A stretch of 64,000 bases of DNA from the human T2T-CHM13v2.0 reference genome, Homo sapiens, in NCBI RefSeq assembly GCF_009914755.1, contig NC_060932.1. One strand, given 5' to 3'. Every line of letters begins with the position of its first letter. Positions within the stretch are counted from its first letter, which is position 1. The notes under the pieces are model-generated. The model did no database searches and had not been told where the DNA came from. It saw only the letters and a list, made by a program, of their open reading frames with translations. Position numbers and translations under genes: made by a program. Below, one piece after another: positions 1 to 12,680 of the stretch.

Positions 1-960
1 GGATTTGGAGAATTATTCAAACAAGACTAACATTTTCAGCAGTATCCAGTTATGATTGGCACAGTAGCATGTCTTAATTTAAAACTAAAAACTTATTTTG
101 AGAAGATGGCCAAGTAGTCCAGAAGATGACCAGGCCTCCTGTACTAATTCAGAATACTTGAAGGAAGTCCAATCTTTGTGAAAAAAATTCAAATTGTAAT
201 TTTCTTAAAAGCAAATTAATGCTTTTCTCTACATTCTTATCTGATCTTCCTGATATTCCTTTGAAGGTTGACATATATTCTCATCTCTCTTTTACAAATG
301 AGAAAACCAAGATAGAGGTTAAGTGCTTGGCCAAAGTCACACAGGTATTTACTGATAAGAGCTAGATAAACTTCTGTCTCCAGTTGTCCATTGTTCTTCC
401 AAGTGTACCAAAAGTGATATAAAGAAATACTCTTATTCCATTCTAATATAGTACGTTAAAGCCAAATAGAAAAATGATATTAGTAGATTAATTGAAATGT
501 GTTAGAGGTTATTGTAATTCATAGTTGGCCATACTGCATATTACAGTGTGATATAAGGGCATATTTAAGGAATCTTTAAATTTTTGTACCTTAGTTTGTA
601 AAACAAAAACAAAACAAGACCCTTCAGTTTTCACAGTGGAACAAATGATTTCAAACTCTACTCAGTTTTAAGTCTCATAGGTATCTCTGTCTGAATTATC
701 ACAAACTCTAAGTTAGTGGATTCTATATTTCTTATGATTTTACTTAATCTAGGATCCATGGAAGAATGATTTTTTTGTGGGTAGTCTGTAAATATTTTAA
801 AATTATATGTAGAATGCGCCTTGTATTGGTTAATGTCATTTTCTTATACAATTTGAAGTTACTTTAGTTTCAGCCTCACTAATAAAGTTTATATTTACTA
901 AAATACCAGTAATTAACAATTTCTGTTATACAAATTATATTAACATCACAGTTTAATATA

Positions 961-1276
961 CAGTCAGCCTTTTGTATCTGGCGGTTCCATATCAGTGGAT
1001 TCAGCCAACAATGGATCAAAAATATTTGGGAAAAAAAAAATTTAAGAAAATTCCAAAAAGCAAAACTTGAATTTGCTGCATGCTGAGCACTACACTGAAT
1101 CTATGCAAATAAAGTGATGTATTAGGTACTGTAAGTAACCTAGAGATGATTTAAAGTATACAAGAGGTTGTATGCAAATACTACACCATTTTATATAAGG
1201 GACTTGAGCATCCTCGAATTTTGGCACCCACAGGGGGTCCTGAAACCACTCTCCTGAGGAAATTGAGGGATGATTG
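961..1276. mobile_element. MER2 (TcMar-Tigger non-autonomous DNA transposon)
   Basis: Starts CAGTCAGCCTTTTGTATCTGGCGGTTCC and ends GAGGGATGATTG (degenerate terminal inverted repeats), with TA on both sides. Internal GGGACTTGAGCATCCTCGAATTTTGG is typical of MER2. Confidence 0.85.
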
Positions 1277-1419
1277 TATACATTTCTTATTGTGATATCT
1301 GAGACTGCTACTAGTGATATCAGATAATGCATTTCTCCTTTAAATATAATTTTGTAGAGCAGAGAAGGAAAGAAGGGGATGAGTTCACTCAATAGCAACC
1401 AAAAAAAATTCGTCTTCTA

Positions 1420-1545
1420 GGCATTTATTCATTCTTTGAAAGACTTGTTGAATGCTTACTATGTGCCACCAACTACTTTTGGATACCAATGATTTGATAG
1501 CAAACAGAACAGGCCAAGACCCTGCTTTCTTAGAGTGTCCTCCCT
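1420..1545. mobile_element. L2 3'-end fragment
   Basis: CATTTATTCATTC...TTGAATGCTTACTATGTGCCA...CCCTGCTTTCTTAGAG resembles the L2 tail. Confidence 0.6.
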
Positions 1546-1984
1546 TATGGGATTTACTGTGATTTATTTGTGTATTCTTTGGAAAACTGTATTGTAATCA
1601 CAGTAAAACACAATGCTGAGGAAAGGACTTGAATTAAACATTCCTGGATACCTCTGGGCCATATATAAATAATTCTGTGATAGAGTGGCATTAGAAATTC
1701 CAGATAGAGCTAAAACTGAAGTTTTCCTTATAGAGATTTATCCTAGTTAGTTTGCGGGGATACTGGTTGGGCCGAAATCCTTTTGAAACTGGTTAAAACT
1801 CTCAGGGGCCCTTCCATTTGGTTTTCTGCAGCTGTGGATTCCCAACCAACAGTCATTGTGATCTTCCAAGCCAGAATGTGCTCTGGGCTGGAGTGGCAGC
1901 CCCTTATTCTGGCGTTCAAGAGCGTGGGCACCCTTTGGCTATTTCTAGCATTTGTCTGGTTAGCCTTTGGGAAACGACTATAAG

Positions 1985-2215
1985 ATAATAATAATGGGTA
2001 CTAATTTATTGGGCACATTTAATACTCAAAGCACTGTTCTAAGCACTTTACACATTAAATCATTTAACGCTGTAAACAGCCATGTGATGGAGGACATCAT
2101 TTTACAGATAAGGAAACTGAGGCATAGAACCAAGATTTCATAACAAGTGATTGCTAACATATAGATGCAAGCCCAGTCTGACTCCAGAGCTTTGCTCTTA
2201 ACTACTTTGTTACAC
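1985..2215 (-). mobile_element. MIR SINE
   Basis: GCACTGTTCTAAGCACTTTACA...TTTACAGATAAGGAAACTGAGGCATAGA matches the MIR core. Confidence 0.75.
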
Positions 2216-3904
2216 TGTGCTGTAGACTGGTTTCTAACATTGTGCTAATCAAATTAATGTTCTCCCCTTAAGTGAAGCCAGATTTAAGACCATACTTATG
2301 CTAATAATTCTGACATAGATTTAAATATTTTTAGAAATCCTCTTTTGGATTACCTGGGTCATTTCACTTAATTTCTCTGGACATTATCTGTAAAATGAGG
2401 GGACAAACCTTCACCATTTGGAGGTGAGTTAAATTTTTGTAACAACTAGAAGTCAGTTTTAACCAAGTTTAGAAAATAAAGTCAACAACCAAGAATGACT
2501 TGGTGGGATGTACATATATATGAATAAGGCCGTTGATTACAGAGGAACGAATCCAGATTTTTATTTTTTTTACTATTTTTGGCTTGTTCTTTTTTCTGTC
2601 ATGTTTTTGGCACTTTGTTTTCCAGATATATGTAAACACTGTTTTATCATTACCTTGTGATTAGCCTCTAAGACTTTAAATTTAAGTTTGATCCTTGACT
2701 GTTGGTTTCGTTGTGTGATTTTTTGAAAGTTCTTTAATTTCTTAAAACTTTAGTTTCTTTGTCTATGAAATGGGGATTACAATATCTATTATTAATAGAT
2801 ATCCAATATTCCCTTAGAAATACACTCTTAGGACATGAATCTCTGTAATGATGACATTATTAAGAGGATTCAAAGGAGAATATATATAAAGTACTCAATA
2901 AATACTAGACTTCCTTCAGCCCATCTACCCCAACAAGAAAAACAACAGCAATAATGACAATCCTTTTGTAATATGAGAATTTATAATATATGTAATTTCT
3001 CAATATATGATCCAATCTTAACATGCTGGAGTTTTATTTTTGAAATGAAATTGATTATCTAATTTTAACTTTATGAGTTTTCATAGTAAGTCCTTTATTT
3101 ACATAATCCAAGACACTAACCTTTACAACTGTTTAATTAGCTCTTGTATTAATTTAATTACTGCCTTGTTCATCATCGTAAACCATCTGTCTACTTAGTC
3201 CTTTGATAGCAGTTAAAATTTTTTGTTCTTAACCATAATTTTTCCCCTAAATGTTTCCCTTTAAGCTTCTAATATGTCTGAGACTTAATTGTAACTTTAA
3301 TTTTTCATTTTGTTTTGTTCTAATTATGACTGCTCATGTTTATTCCAGCACTAGACAACTGCTTCTGCATAAAATTAACTCGTAGACTAAAACAACTGCT
3401 CTTACAACTTAAAAAAATATTGTATCCATGCTACAGTGAAGCCTCTACTAGTTTTATAAACCATGCAAGAAAACAATTTTTCTATTTTAGTTATATCTTC
3501 ATAATATTTCAGTGTCTTGAGAATGATAGATTTCTTTGGCTGAAAGGGACCTTTTAGAAATGATGAAATTGTATACTTTCATTTTACAGATGAAGAAATG
3601 AAGGAAAGAAAGAGGAGATAATGACATGCTTAAGATCACATTTTTATTGATAAAGTTGGAACTAAAATCCTGATTTCCTTATTCTAACACAGGCCTTTTT
3701 CCATCATACCACCTTAGGGGACAGATTGACATAGATTGTTGTTCTATTCTTTCCTCTGTCAACAATGTTTCTTCATGTCAGTCCTATAGATCTAATTTGG
3801 CAAGCAATTAATTTCAAGAATAATATCAGTGTTTCAGAGAAGTATTGCTTATTGGTCTGAAGGAAGATTGGTATGTATCTTAAACTTACTATTTTGTTGT
3901 CTAG

Positions 3905-4138
3905 GATAGTGAATGAGAGCCGACAGGTACTCCAGGAACCTGATTTTGCTCAGTCTCTCCTGAGGGATCCAAATACTCCTATCATAAGAAAGTCAAGGGG
4001 AACTTCCACTCAAGGAACATCCACCCATGCTTCTTCAACTCAGCTGGCTATGGTGGATGATCAAAGAAGCAAAGCAGGAAGCATCCACAGCAAAGTGAGC
4101 AGCTACCACGGCAGCCTCCACAGATCACGTGATGGCAG
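3905..4138 (+). CDS. FZD3: FZD3 penultimate coding exon (234 nt, phase 2/2), cytoplasmic C-terminal tail
   Basis: Acceptor ttttgttgtctag|G at 3904/3905 and donor AG|gtgagt at 4138/4139. Translates IVNESRQVLQEPDFAQSLLRDPNTPIIRKSRGTSTQGTSTHASSTQLAMVDDQRSKAGSIHSKVSSYHGSLHRSRDG(R), which I recognise as the Frizzled-3 C-tail. Confidence 0.97.
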
Positions 4139-4751
4139 GTGAGTTTTGTTAGTAGTGTAGTTTATTTCATAAGCTGAATTATGACCATACAGCTTAAGAA
4201 AGAGGAGCAGCCAATTCTGAAATAGAAGTCGAACATAATTAAGCCTTTGAACTTTGCTAGATAGAGTTGTCCCAGACTATGGTCAGACTTAAAGTCAGTC
4301 AGAATTGTTTAGATTTGATGGAGTAAGCAATATGGGAGTTATTGCAGGGGATTGAGCAGGGAAAAGACAGGGTAAAAGTGGTTATTTTAGTAAGATTAAT
4401 TTAGTAAACAATTATGGAACACCTACTACATCTAGCACTCTTGCTAGGCCCTGAGAATACAAAGATGACTTAGGCATGATCTTTGCTCTTGGTAAGCTCA
4501 CAGTCTATTTAGAAAGATAGTGTAGTCAGTTTGTGGTTTAGAACATGGATCTAGAATGATAAACCTCAGCTTCCTCATTTATAAAATGAAAATAGTATTA
4601 ATATCTGCCTCTTTAATAATCTTGTACAAATTAAATGAGATAGCATACCTAATTCCTTGGAACAGTGCCTATCTCAGTGAGTACCTCATATCAGCTTCTG
4701 TTATTATTGTAATTGACAATTGAACTAACACATAAGTATGACAGTATAGTT

Positions 4752-4964
4752 CAGGAATTAGCAAATGTTTTCCGTGAAGAGCCAGATAGTAAATATTTTA
4801 GGCCTTATGAGCCATATGGTCTTCACTGCAACTATTTGAGTCTGCTGTTGTAGCATGAAAGCAGTCATAGACAATATGTAGTCAAATAGAAATAACTGCA
4901 TTCCCATAAAACTTTATTTGCAAAAATAGGATTTGGCCAGCAGGCCTTAGTTTGCCAACCCCTG
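4752..4964. mobile_element. MER58A (hAT-Charlie)
   Basis: CAGGAATTAGCAAATGTTTTCCGTGAAGAGCCAGATAGTAAATATTTTAGGC...ATAAAACTTTATTTGCAAAAATAGG...TTTGCCAACCCCTG. Confidence 0.85.
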
Positions 4965-5228
4965 TTTACTAGGTACAGTAGTAGCACAGAGGAGGGAGTG
5001 ATTAATTCTGGTGGCTAGGGAGGGGGTTGGTTTCACAGAGAAAATGTTTGAGAGAAGCCTGGCTGTGGGTTTCTTGTTAAATTTGAGAAATGAGACACTA
5101 GAATTAGAAACTGCCTTTGAGCTTTTCAGTAATTCTTTTGAGAGATGATAAAGGCTTCTAGGAGAATGGTGGCAGTGGGAAGAGAGGAAGAGCTGACCTG
5201 AAAGATATTTAGAAAGAAGAAATTATAT

Positions 5229-5395
5229 AGCCGGGTGTTGTGGCAGGCACCTGTAATCCCAGCTACTCAGGAGGCTGAGGCAGGAGAATCACTTGAAGCC
5301 AGGAGGTGGAGGTTGGAGTGAGCTGACATCGTGCCACTGCACTCCAGCCTGGGCAACAAGAGCAAAACTCTGTCTCAAAAAAAAAAAAAAAAAGA
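5229..5395 (+). mobile_element. Alu right monomer with poly(A)
   Basis: AGCCGGGTGTTGTGGCAGGCACCTGTAATCCCAGCTACTC...TCTCAAAAAA. Confidence 0.9.
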
Positions 5396-6541
5396 AGAAG
5401 AAATGATAGAGATTGGTAAGAAATTAATATTAGCAGCTGGAGAAAAGGAATGTGCTAAATATTTTTTGGGGTGTTTTTTTTTAAGATTTCTTTTGGGAAA
5501 CTGAAAGAATGAAAATTATAATACCTGAAACTGACAGGATTCTGTGTTCACTTGAAAACATCTGTTTCCACAGCTGTTTCTATCCTGTCAGTCTCAGTCT
5601 TCTCCCTGTCCTCCTAGTGTAGAATCCGATTCTCTGTACTTTTCTTTTTTAATCTTCTGTCTGTTTCCTCTCAACTTGTTTTCTTTTACCTTCTGTTGTT
5701 CAGCTACCCTGTGTTTAAAAGAGCAGCAGTCTTTCTTTGTGCTGATTTATCCTTTATCCATTTCCTTTTTCTTTCCTGGCTAGATTTTTGAAATGACTAT
5801 TTTGAATATTTTTCTTCTCCCTAATCCATCCTTTATGCCTTGAAAGTGTAGTCTTTTTCTCCTCTCTACCTGCCTGAACTGTACCCTCTAACATCACCAG
5901 TGACTTCATTTTAACCACAAGGATCTTTCTCCTTCCTTCCTTCTTTTGTTCCACTTAGCACTCCTATATGAGAAGCATTCTTCTAAGTGCTAGGGATGCA
6001 GAGATGGAAGACAGAAGAGTAAACAATCAATTACAATACACTTCAATAGGTATAGTAAAAATATGTACAGGGTGCATTGGGATCTCAGAGAAGAAAACCA
6101 TTTAATAAATCATAGAAAGTGAAAGCTTCGCAAAAGAGATGGCACTTCTACATTGAATAGGATTCAGAGGAGGCAGTTGGGAGTTAAGGTAACAGCACAT
6201 GCAGAGGCAAGGAAGACAGGCAAGCAGTTAGGTACGTGGGTATGGCTAGAGCATAGACTGCATGTTTTGGCAACTGAAGGAGAGGAATTCATACTGAGGA
6301 GTTTGCATTTTTCCTGGGCAGCAGTGAGAAACTATCATAGGACTTCAGGCATTGGGGTGAGAAAATCAGATTTGTATTTTAGAAAAATCACTTGGCAATA
6401 GCATCGGAATGAAGGAGATTATGAGTAAGACTAGTTAGGAAGTTTCTACAGTAATTTAGGGGTCCCAGCTGAAAATACTGATAAGGAGGGAGGGAATCAG
6501 AGTTCTTTTAGAATATATTTATCAGTCATCACCCTCCATGA

Positions 6542-6900
<359 letters not shown>

Positions 6901-6972
6901 GCCTTATCCTTTCAATGATGAATGAATAATTATTTATAGTATAATACCTATGCACGTGGCATACTGTGTATA

Positions 6973-7107
6973 AAGATGTATATGGAAGAAAAGTAAGATG
7001 TAATTTATGCATTCTAGGAGCATATAACCTTATAGGAAAGATAAGATGTATATGGAAGTAAGATGTAATTTATGCATTCTAGGAGCATATAACCTTATAG
7101 GAAAGAT
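6973..7107. repeat. Tandem duplication (70 nt + 65 nt copies)
   Basis: AAGATGTATATGGAAG(AAAAG)TAAGATGTAATTTATGCATTCTAGGAGCATATAACCTTATAGGAAAGAT occurs twice head-to-tail; the copies differ only by a 5-nt indel. Confidence 0.95.
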
Positions 7108-9193
7108 AAGACATACACATATGAACCAGTTAATAGCACAAGCCAGGAATATAATTAAGACAGTGAGTGTTAAAGATAACAGATGTAGAACTGCAGGAAA
7201 GAGAAAGGTCAGATTGGTTCGTGAAAGTATCTTAAAGGAGATACGTAGGGTGAATGAACAGTAAAAGATGAGTTTATATTAAGTAGAGGATTTCTGAGGG
7301 CAGTTAAAAATAGACTTCAGCCACTCTCATCTGAATAGAGCTGTAGCTTAGATAAGAAAGTTTACAATCATCAATATAAGGTAGTTGGCAATTAAAATTG
7401 TGAGCTAGAATCCCTTGAGTCACTATTAAGAAAAGAACAACAGGCCAAAAACAAGACCTTGGGAAATATTCACAGTAATAATAATACAGGAAGAAGAACA
7501 GTGGGCATATGAGTCAGAGAAATTGCTTATCATTCTTTTTGTTACTATCTATTTTCCACATAATTGTCTTTCCTCAGCTAAGTTTGCAGCTTCTAGAGAA
7601 TAAGAACTAGGTGACACCGTATTCCTCCACAGTATCTAGCACAGTACTAGGCATATATATATATAGTAGGGGATTAACAAATCTATCAAATAAATAATGA
7701 CTTTAGAAATAATGTGGATGTTTCCCAGAAATGCAAGAGCCAGAATGACAGTGGCACCCTACTGAAGGTGTTCTGTAATGTGGCACATGAATACTAATAC
7801 TGTAGGACTCTTGGCTGTACCCAGAACTTTAGGGCAGATTTGAGAGATTCCAAGACTGTGGTGAACCAGAAGTCTGAACAAGGATTTTCATAATTTGAAA
7901 AGCCATCTCATGGAGATTTCCTTCTGCTTCAGTCAGTTTTTAACTTTGTGTGTCAACACTATGTTGTGGTCATTTTCTAATCATCTCATGGTATCTTGGC
8001 TGTGGGATCACACACATACCCACTTCCCAATACTCACTCTGGCCCAGATTCTTTGCTGGATAATTATTGATCTCTGTGCTATATAAAACAAAATAGGCTG
8101 AGGTGAATACACCTACACATATATGTCAGCTTCAAAGAATAAGTAATTGGTGGTTAGATGAGAGGGTGAGTGAAAAAGGAAGTGGATAAGTAGGTAGGTG
8201 GAGGTTTGGGAATGAATGATTAGGTTGGTAAGTGGGTGCCATGACAAGAAAAAGCTAGGGAGTAAATAAGGAGGTATTAGTAAAACTACAGTTAATTCAG
8301 TTATTTAGATTAGTGATAGCAAATAGTATGGACACTCAAAAAGAGTAAATCATCTTCAAGGTTTTTTTATGTTGACTTTGGAAGGCACTGTAGTATTTTT
8401 TGACAACGGCAGCAAATTAACCATCCTAATTGTTTTGCCTAAGCTTATATTAAAATTAATTTACATTTTCACACTGTGTATTACAGTCAGTGGTCACAGT
8501 GGTTTAAATGACTGTCAGAAAATAAACTTGGTAATTCCTACATATACAGTTGAGATTAAACAGTATATTTAAATTTATTTTTCTATGTAGTTGACTCTTA
8601 ATTATCCATGGGCAGGTTGTTCATATTCTAAAATGTTTTGTGGATGGCCATATGTGTCACTTAAGGAATTTAGATTAAATTATTCAATATAGTAAATTTT
8701 TCTATGAAAAATATATTATTTGAGTTTTTGTAACTCAAAGCTTTATATTTCATTTTAGAAAATACTCAGCTTATATTTTTATATAGTGATTTTTAAAAGA
8801 TAACTTTATATCATTACTAGAAAACCGCATCATATTTTGCTCTTTTCATTTGCCATATTTATTTGAGACAGATACTTGGGAAGCCATTGAGAGGTGAAAG
8901 ATCTCCAAATCAGCAGCCAAGTCATATTTGGAAACTTGGAATAATCTTCTACTCAGTTTTAAGGCAATAATCATTATGCAAAATAATAATTATTAGTCTA
9001 GAATAACAAGCCCATTCTGAAATGTTTTCATCTGCAAACATTGTCATTATTTACCAAAACATGCAGAACAAATTTAAAACTGTTTAAGGTCCTAAATATG
9101 AAGTATCTTTTAATAAATAAGAATTAAATAACTTTTTACCCATTAACATGAGAAATGTTTAAAATATTTAAATATTTATCTTTTCACATTTAA

Positions 9194-9578
<385 letters not shown>

Positions 9579-10964
9579 TGATCTAATGAAAATGTGACTA
9601 GAAGATCACCTCTGTGGTGTATGAATCTATCTTTAAATTTTATAAATAATTCACACTGAGTCATGAAATTTGTTACAATTATTTTTGTGAAGGAATGGTG
9701 GATTAACGCTTTCTGACAGCCAACAGATCTGCAGCTGCTTATGATTAGTTTTTTTGATGACTGTTTAAAAAAAAAAAACCTAGCCTGCTATATTTTATTT
9801 TTAGAAACATTACTTAAAACTTAATTAAAGTTATAAATTATACTAAGTTTTCTTTGAGGTTTATTATCCTAAATCAAATACTTTTACAGAATGGCATATA
9901 TATAGGTGTTAAGTATAAACAAAAAGTATTTTAGAGAAATACTTCTTGAGGCACTAGGGATTAAAAGATAAAATATGGTCCTTACCTTGAAAGAGCACGC
10001 TATAAAGCCAGAATCGTTGATAAGTAGCATGCTAGCTCCATAAGCAAAGGCCTAATATAAAAGTCATAATTGATTTTCCTGACCTTGACTGGCCTAGAGC
10101 TAATCTCATTCCTCATGGCAAAGCTCAGTGAGTCAGGACTGCAACAAAAGAAAATTTAACAGCCCCACTGCTGCTTTTCAAGATAAGTGCAGAGGAGATA
10201 GCCTGCAGTTAGCAGAGGAGCCCAGCTCACATACTCCAAGCTGGGTCTAGAGCTGAAGGTACAAAGAATTTGCTTTAGCCAGAATATAGGTTACAGAGTG
10301 TTAGGATGTAACTTCCAAGCAGATGTAGCTTCCATGAAGGAGCATCTTCACAGCCTCAAGCCCTGATGAGAAGTAATTAAGATAATTTACAGGTAGTTAA
10401 TTCAGTTGTTAACTGGGCTATCTGGAAAGCAGCTTTCGGCACATACTGTCATCATTGCTTGCCAGTTTATTCATTTTTTTTTTTAGGTTACTCCAATTTC
10501 TCCTCTGATTTCATATTCTCCCTCTTCCAGTCAGAGTCTTAATAAAATTTGAATGTACCCCTCTACTGATTATAACCACTCTTCTTGGCTGCCAGGGGCA
10601 ATGCCACATTTCTTCTATTTGTTGTTACCCCTCTCCCTGAACCCACCCATTCAAAACTCCTTTGAATGAGAAAGGTATCCATATCGAGTGCAGCTTCAAA
10701 TCGGTCAGCCTTATTTAATCTTAGCTTCTGTCCTTTTGCAGAGAATGGAACCTTAATTCTGATTGGATTATCTCTTCTCTTTTGTTGGCCATGTCAATAA
10801 TTCTACAGTGTTAACGAAGTTAAGCAATCAAAAGTTGGTTATTACTTTCTCATGGTTGGTTTCCTAATAATTTCCCTTACTGAGGCATTTTTATGAAAAT
10901 TATTAGTGTTATTATATTTTCTAGTGTGTTCTGTTACCCACTTCAAAATAAACTCTCATGACAG

Positions 10965-11178
10965 GTACACGCCCTGCAGTTACAGAGGAATGGAGGAGAG
11001 ACTACCTCATGGCAGCATGTCACGACTAACAGATCACTCCAGGCATAGTAGTTCTCATCGGCTCAATGAACAGTCACGACATAGCAGCATCAGAGATCTC
11101 AGTAATAATCCCATGACTCATATCACACATGGCACCAGCATGAATCGGGTTATTGAAGAAGATGGAACCAGTGCTTAA
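10965..11178 (+). CDS. FZD3: FZD3 terminal exon, coding part
   Basis: Acceptor catgacag|G at 10964/10965 completes the Arg codon (AG|G). Translates YTPCSYRGMEERLPHGSMSRLTDHSRHSSSHRLNEQSRHSSIRDLSNNPMTHITHGTSMNRVIEEDGTSA, stop TAA at 11176-11178. Phase-compatible with the previous exon. Confidence 0.97.
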
Positions 11179-11557
11179 TTTGTCTTGTCTAAGGTGGAAA
11201 TCTTGTGCTGTTTAAAAAGCAGATTTTATTCTTTGCCTTTTGCATGACTGATAGCTGTAACTCACAGTTAACATGCTTTCAGTCAAGTACAGATTGTGTC
11301 CACTGGAAAGGTAAATGATTGCTTTTTTATATTGCATCAAACTTGGAACATCAAGGCATCCAAAACACTAAGAATTCTATCATCACAAAAATAATTCGTC
11401 TTTCTAGGTTATGAAGAGATAATTATTTGTCTGGTAAGCATTTTTATAAACCCACTCATTTTATATTTAGAAAAATCCTAAATGTGTGGTGACTGCTTTG
11501 TAGTGAACTTTCATATACTATAAACTAGTTGTGAGATAACATTCTGGTAGCTCAGTT

Positions 11558-11827
11558 AATAAAACAATTTCAGAATTAAAGAAATTTTCTATGCAAGGTT
11601 TACTTCTCAGATGAACAGTAGGACTTTGTAGTTTTATTTCCACTAAGTGAAAAAAGAACTGTGTTTTTAAACTGTAGGAGAATTTAATAAATCAGCAAGG
11701 GTATTTTAGCTAATAGAATAAAAGTGCAACAGAAGAATTTGATTAGTCTATGAAAGGTTCTCTTAAAATTCTATCGAAATAATCTTCATGCAGAGATATT
11801 CAGGGTTTGGATTAGCAGTGGAATAAA
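11558..11827 (+). terminator. Cluster of proximal AATAAA hexamers (11558, 11685, 11717, 11822)
   Basis: Four canonical hexamers within 270 nt. Usage is unknown and the sequence is AT-rich, so some are expected by chance. Confidence 0.35.
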
Positions 11828-12511
11828 GAGATGGGCATTGTTTCCCCTATAATTGTGCTGTTTTTATAACTTTTGTAAATATTACTTTTTCTGGCTGTGT
11901 TTTTATAACTTATCCATATGCATGATGGAAAAATTTTAATTTGTAGCCATCTTTTCCCATGTAATAGTATTGATTCATAGAGAACTTAATGTTCAAAATT
12001 TGCTTTGTGGAGGCATGTAATAAGATAAACATCATACATTATAAGGTAACCACAATTACAAAATGGCAAAACATTTTCTCTGTATTCATTGTTGTATTTT
12101 TCTACAGTGAGATGTGATCTTGCCAAAGCCACCAGACCTTGGCTTCCAGGCCCTCCTGTAGTGAGTTGATTGTCTGCACTTGCCTTGCCCAATAGCCAGT
12201 AGGCTACAGCTTTTGCCCCACACCCTTATTTTCAGATTCTGGATCATTCTTGTTTACAACTGAAATATATATAACCTCAGTCCAAAGTGGTGATTGATTT
12301 GAGTATTTGAAAATTGTTGTAGCTAAATGAAGCATGATTAGTCTTAGTATGAATATCATTTAATCTTTAAAAAATCAAGTAAAAATGTTTATCTGATAAT
12401 GTTTAAATAATTTACAATATAAACTGTAAAACTTATTAGGCATGAAATCAATCAGAAGAGAAAGAAAAATGCTGGAACATGCTTGATGTATTATGTAAAA
12501 AGCATATTTAA

Positions 12512-12680
12512 ACAAGGGTCCTCAACCCTGACTGCAGATAAGAATCACTTGGGTTACTTCAGATGCCTAACACCTTCCTCTCATACAAATAAGAATTGGT
12601 AGCTTTCTTAAAAAAAAAAAAAAAAAAAAAAAAGCGCTCCAGGTGATTCTAATCTGCAGCCTGGCTTGAAACTCACTACT
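12512..12680. mobile_element. MER5-like hAT element containing a 24-nt genomic A-run (12610-12633)
   Basis: GGGTCCTCAACCCTGACTGCAGATAAGAATCAC...GCTCCAGGTGATTCTAATCTGCAGCCTGGCTTGAAACTCACT. A second similar element lies at about 12770-12930. Confidence 0.65.

Noticed and set aside
3873-3904. ATG-started extension MYLKLTILLSR of the exon ORF
   Set aside because: It is intronic sequence upstream of the acceptor at 3904; the real frame enters by splicing.
6973-7107. Direct repeats as a CRISPR-like array
   Set aside because: Only two adjacent copies, no spacers, in a mammalian intron.
10906-10964. N-terminal part of the 90-aa ORF (MLLYFLVCSV...)
   Set aside because: Intronic and starts at GTG; only 10965-11178 is FZD3 coding.
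11164-11178. C-terminal PDZ-binding motif on FZD3
   Set aside because: The protein ends GTSA rather than the S/T-x-V seen in several other Frizzleds; nothing new here.
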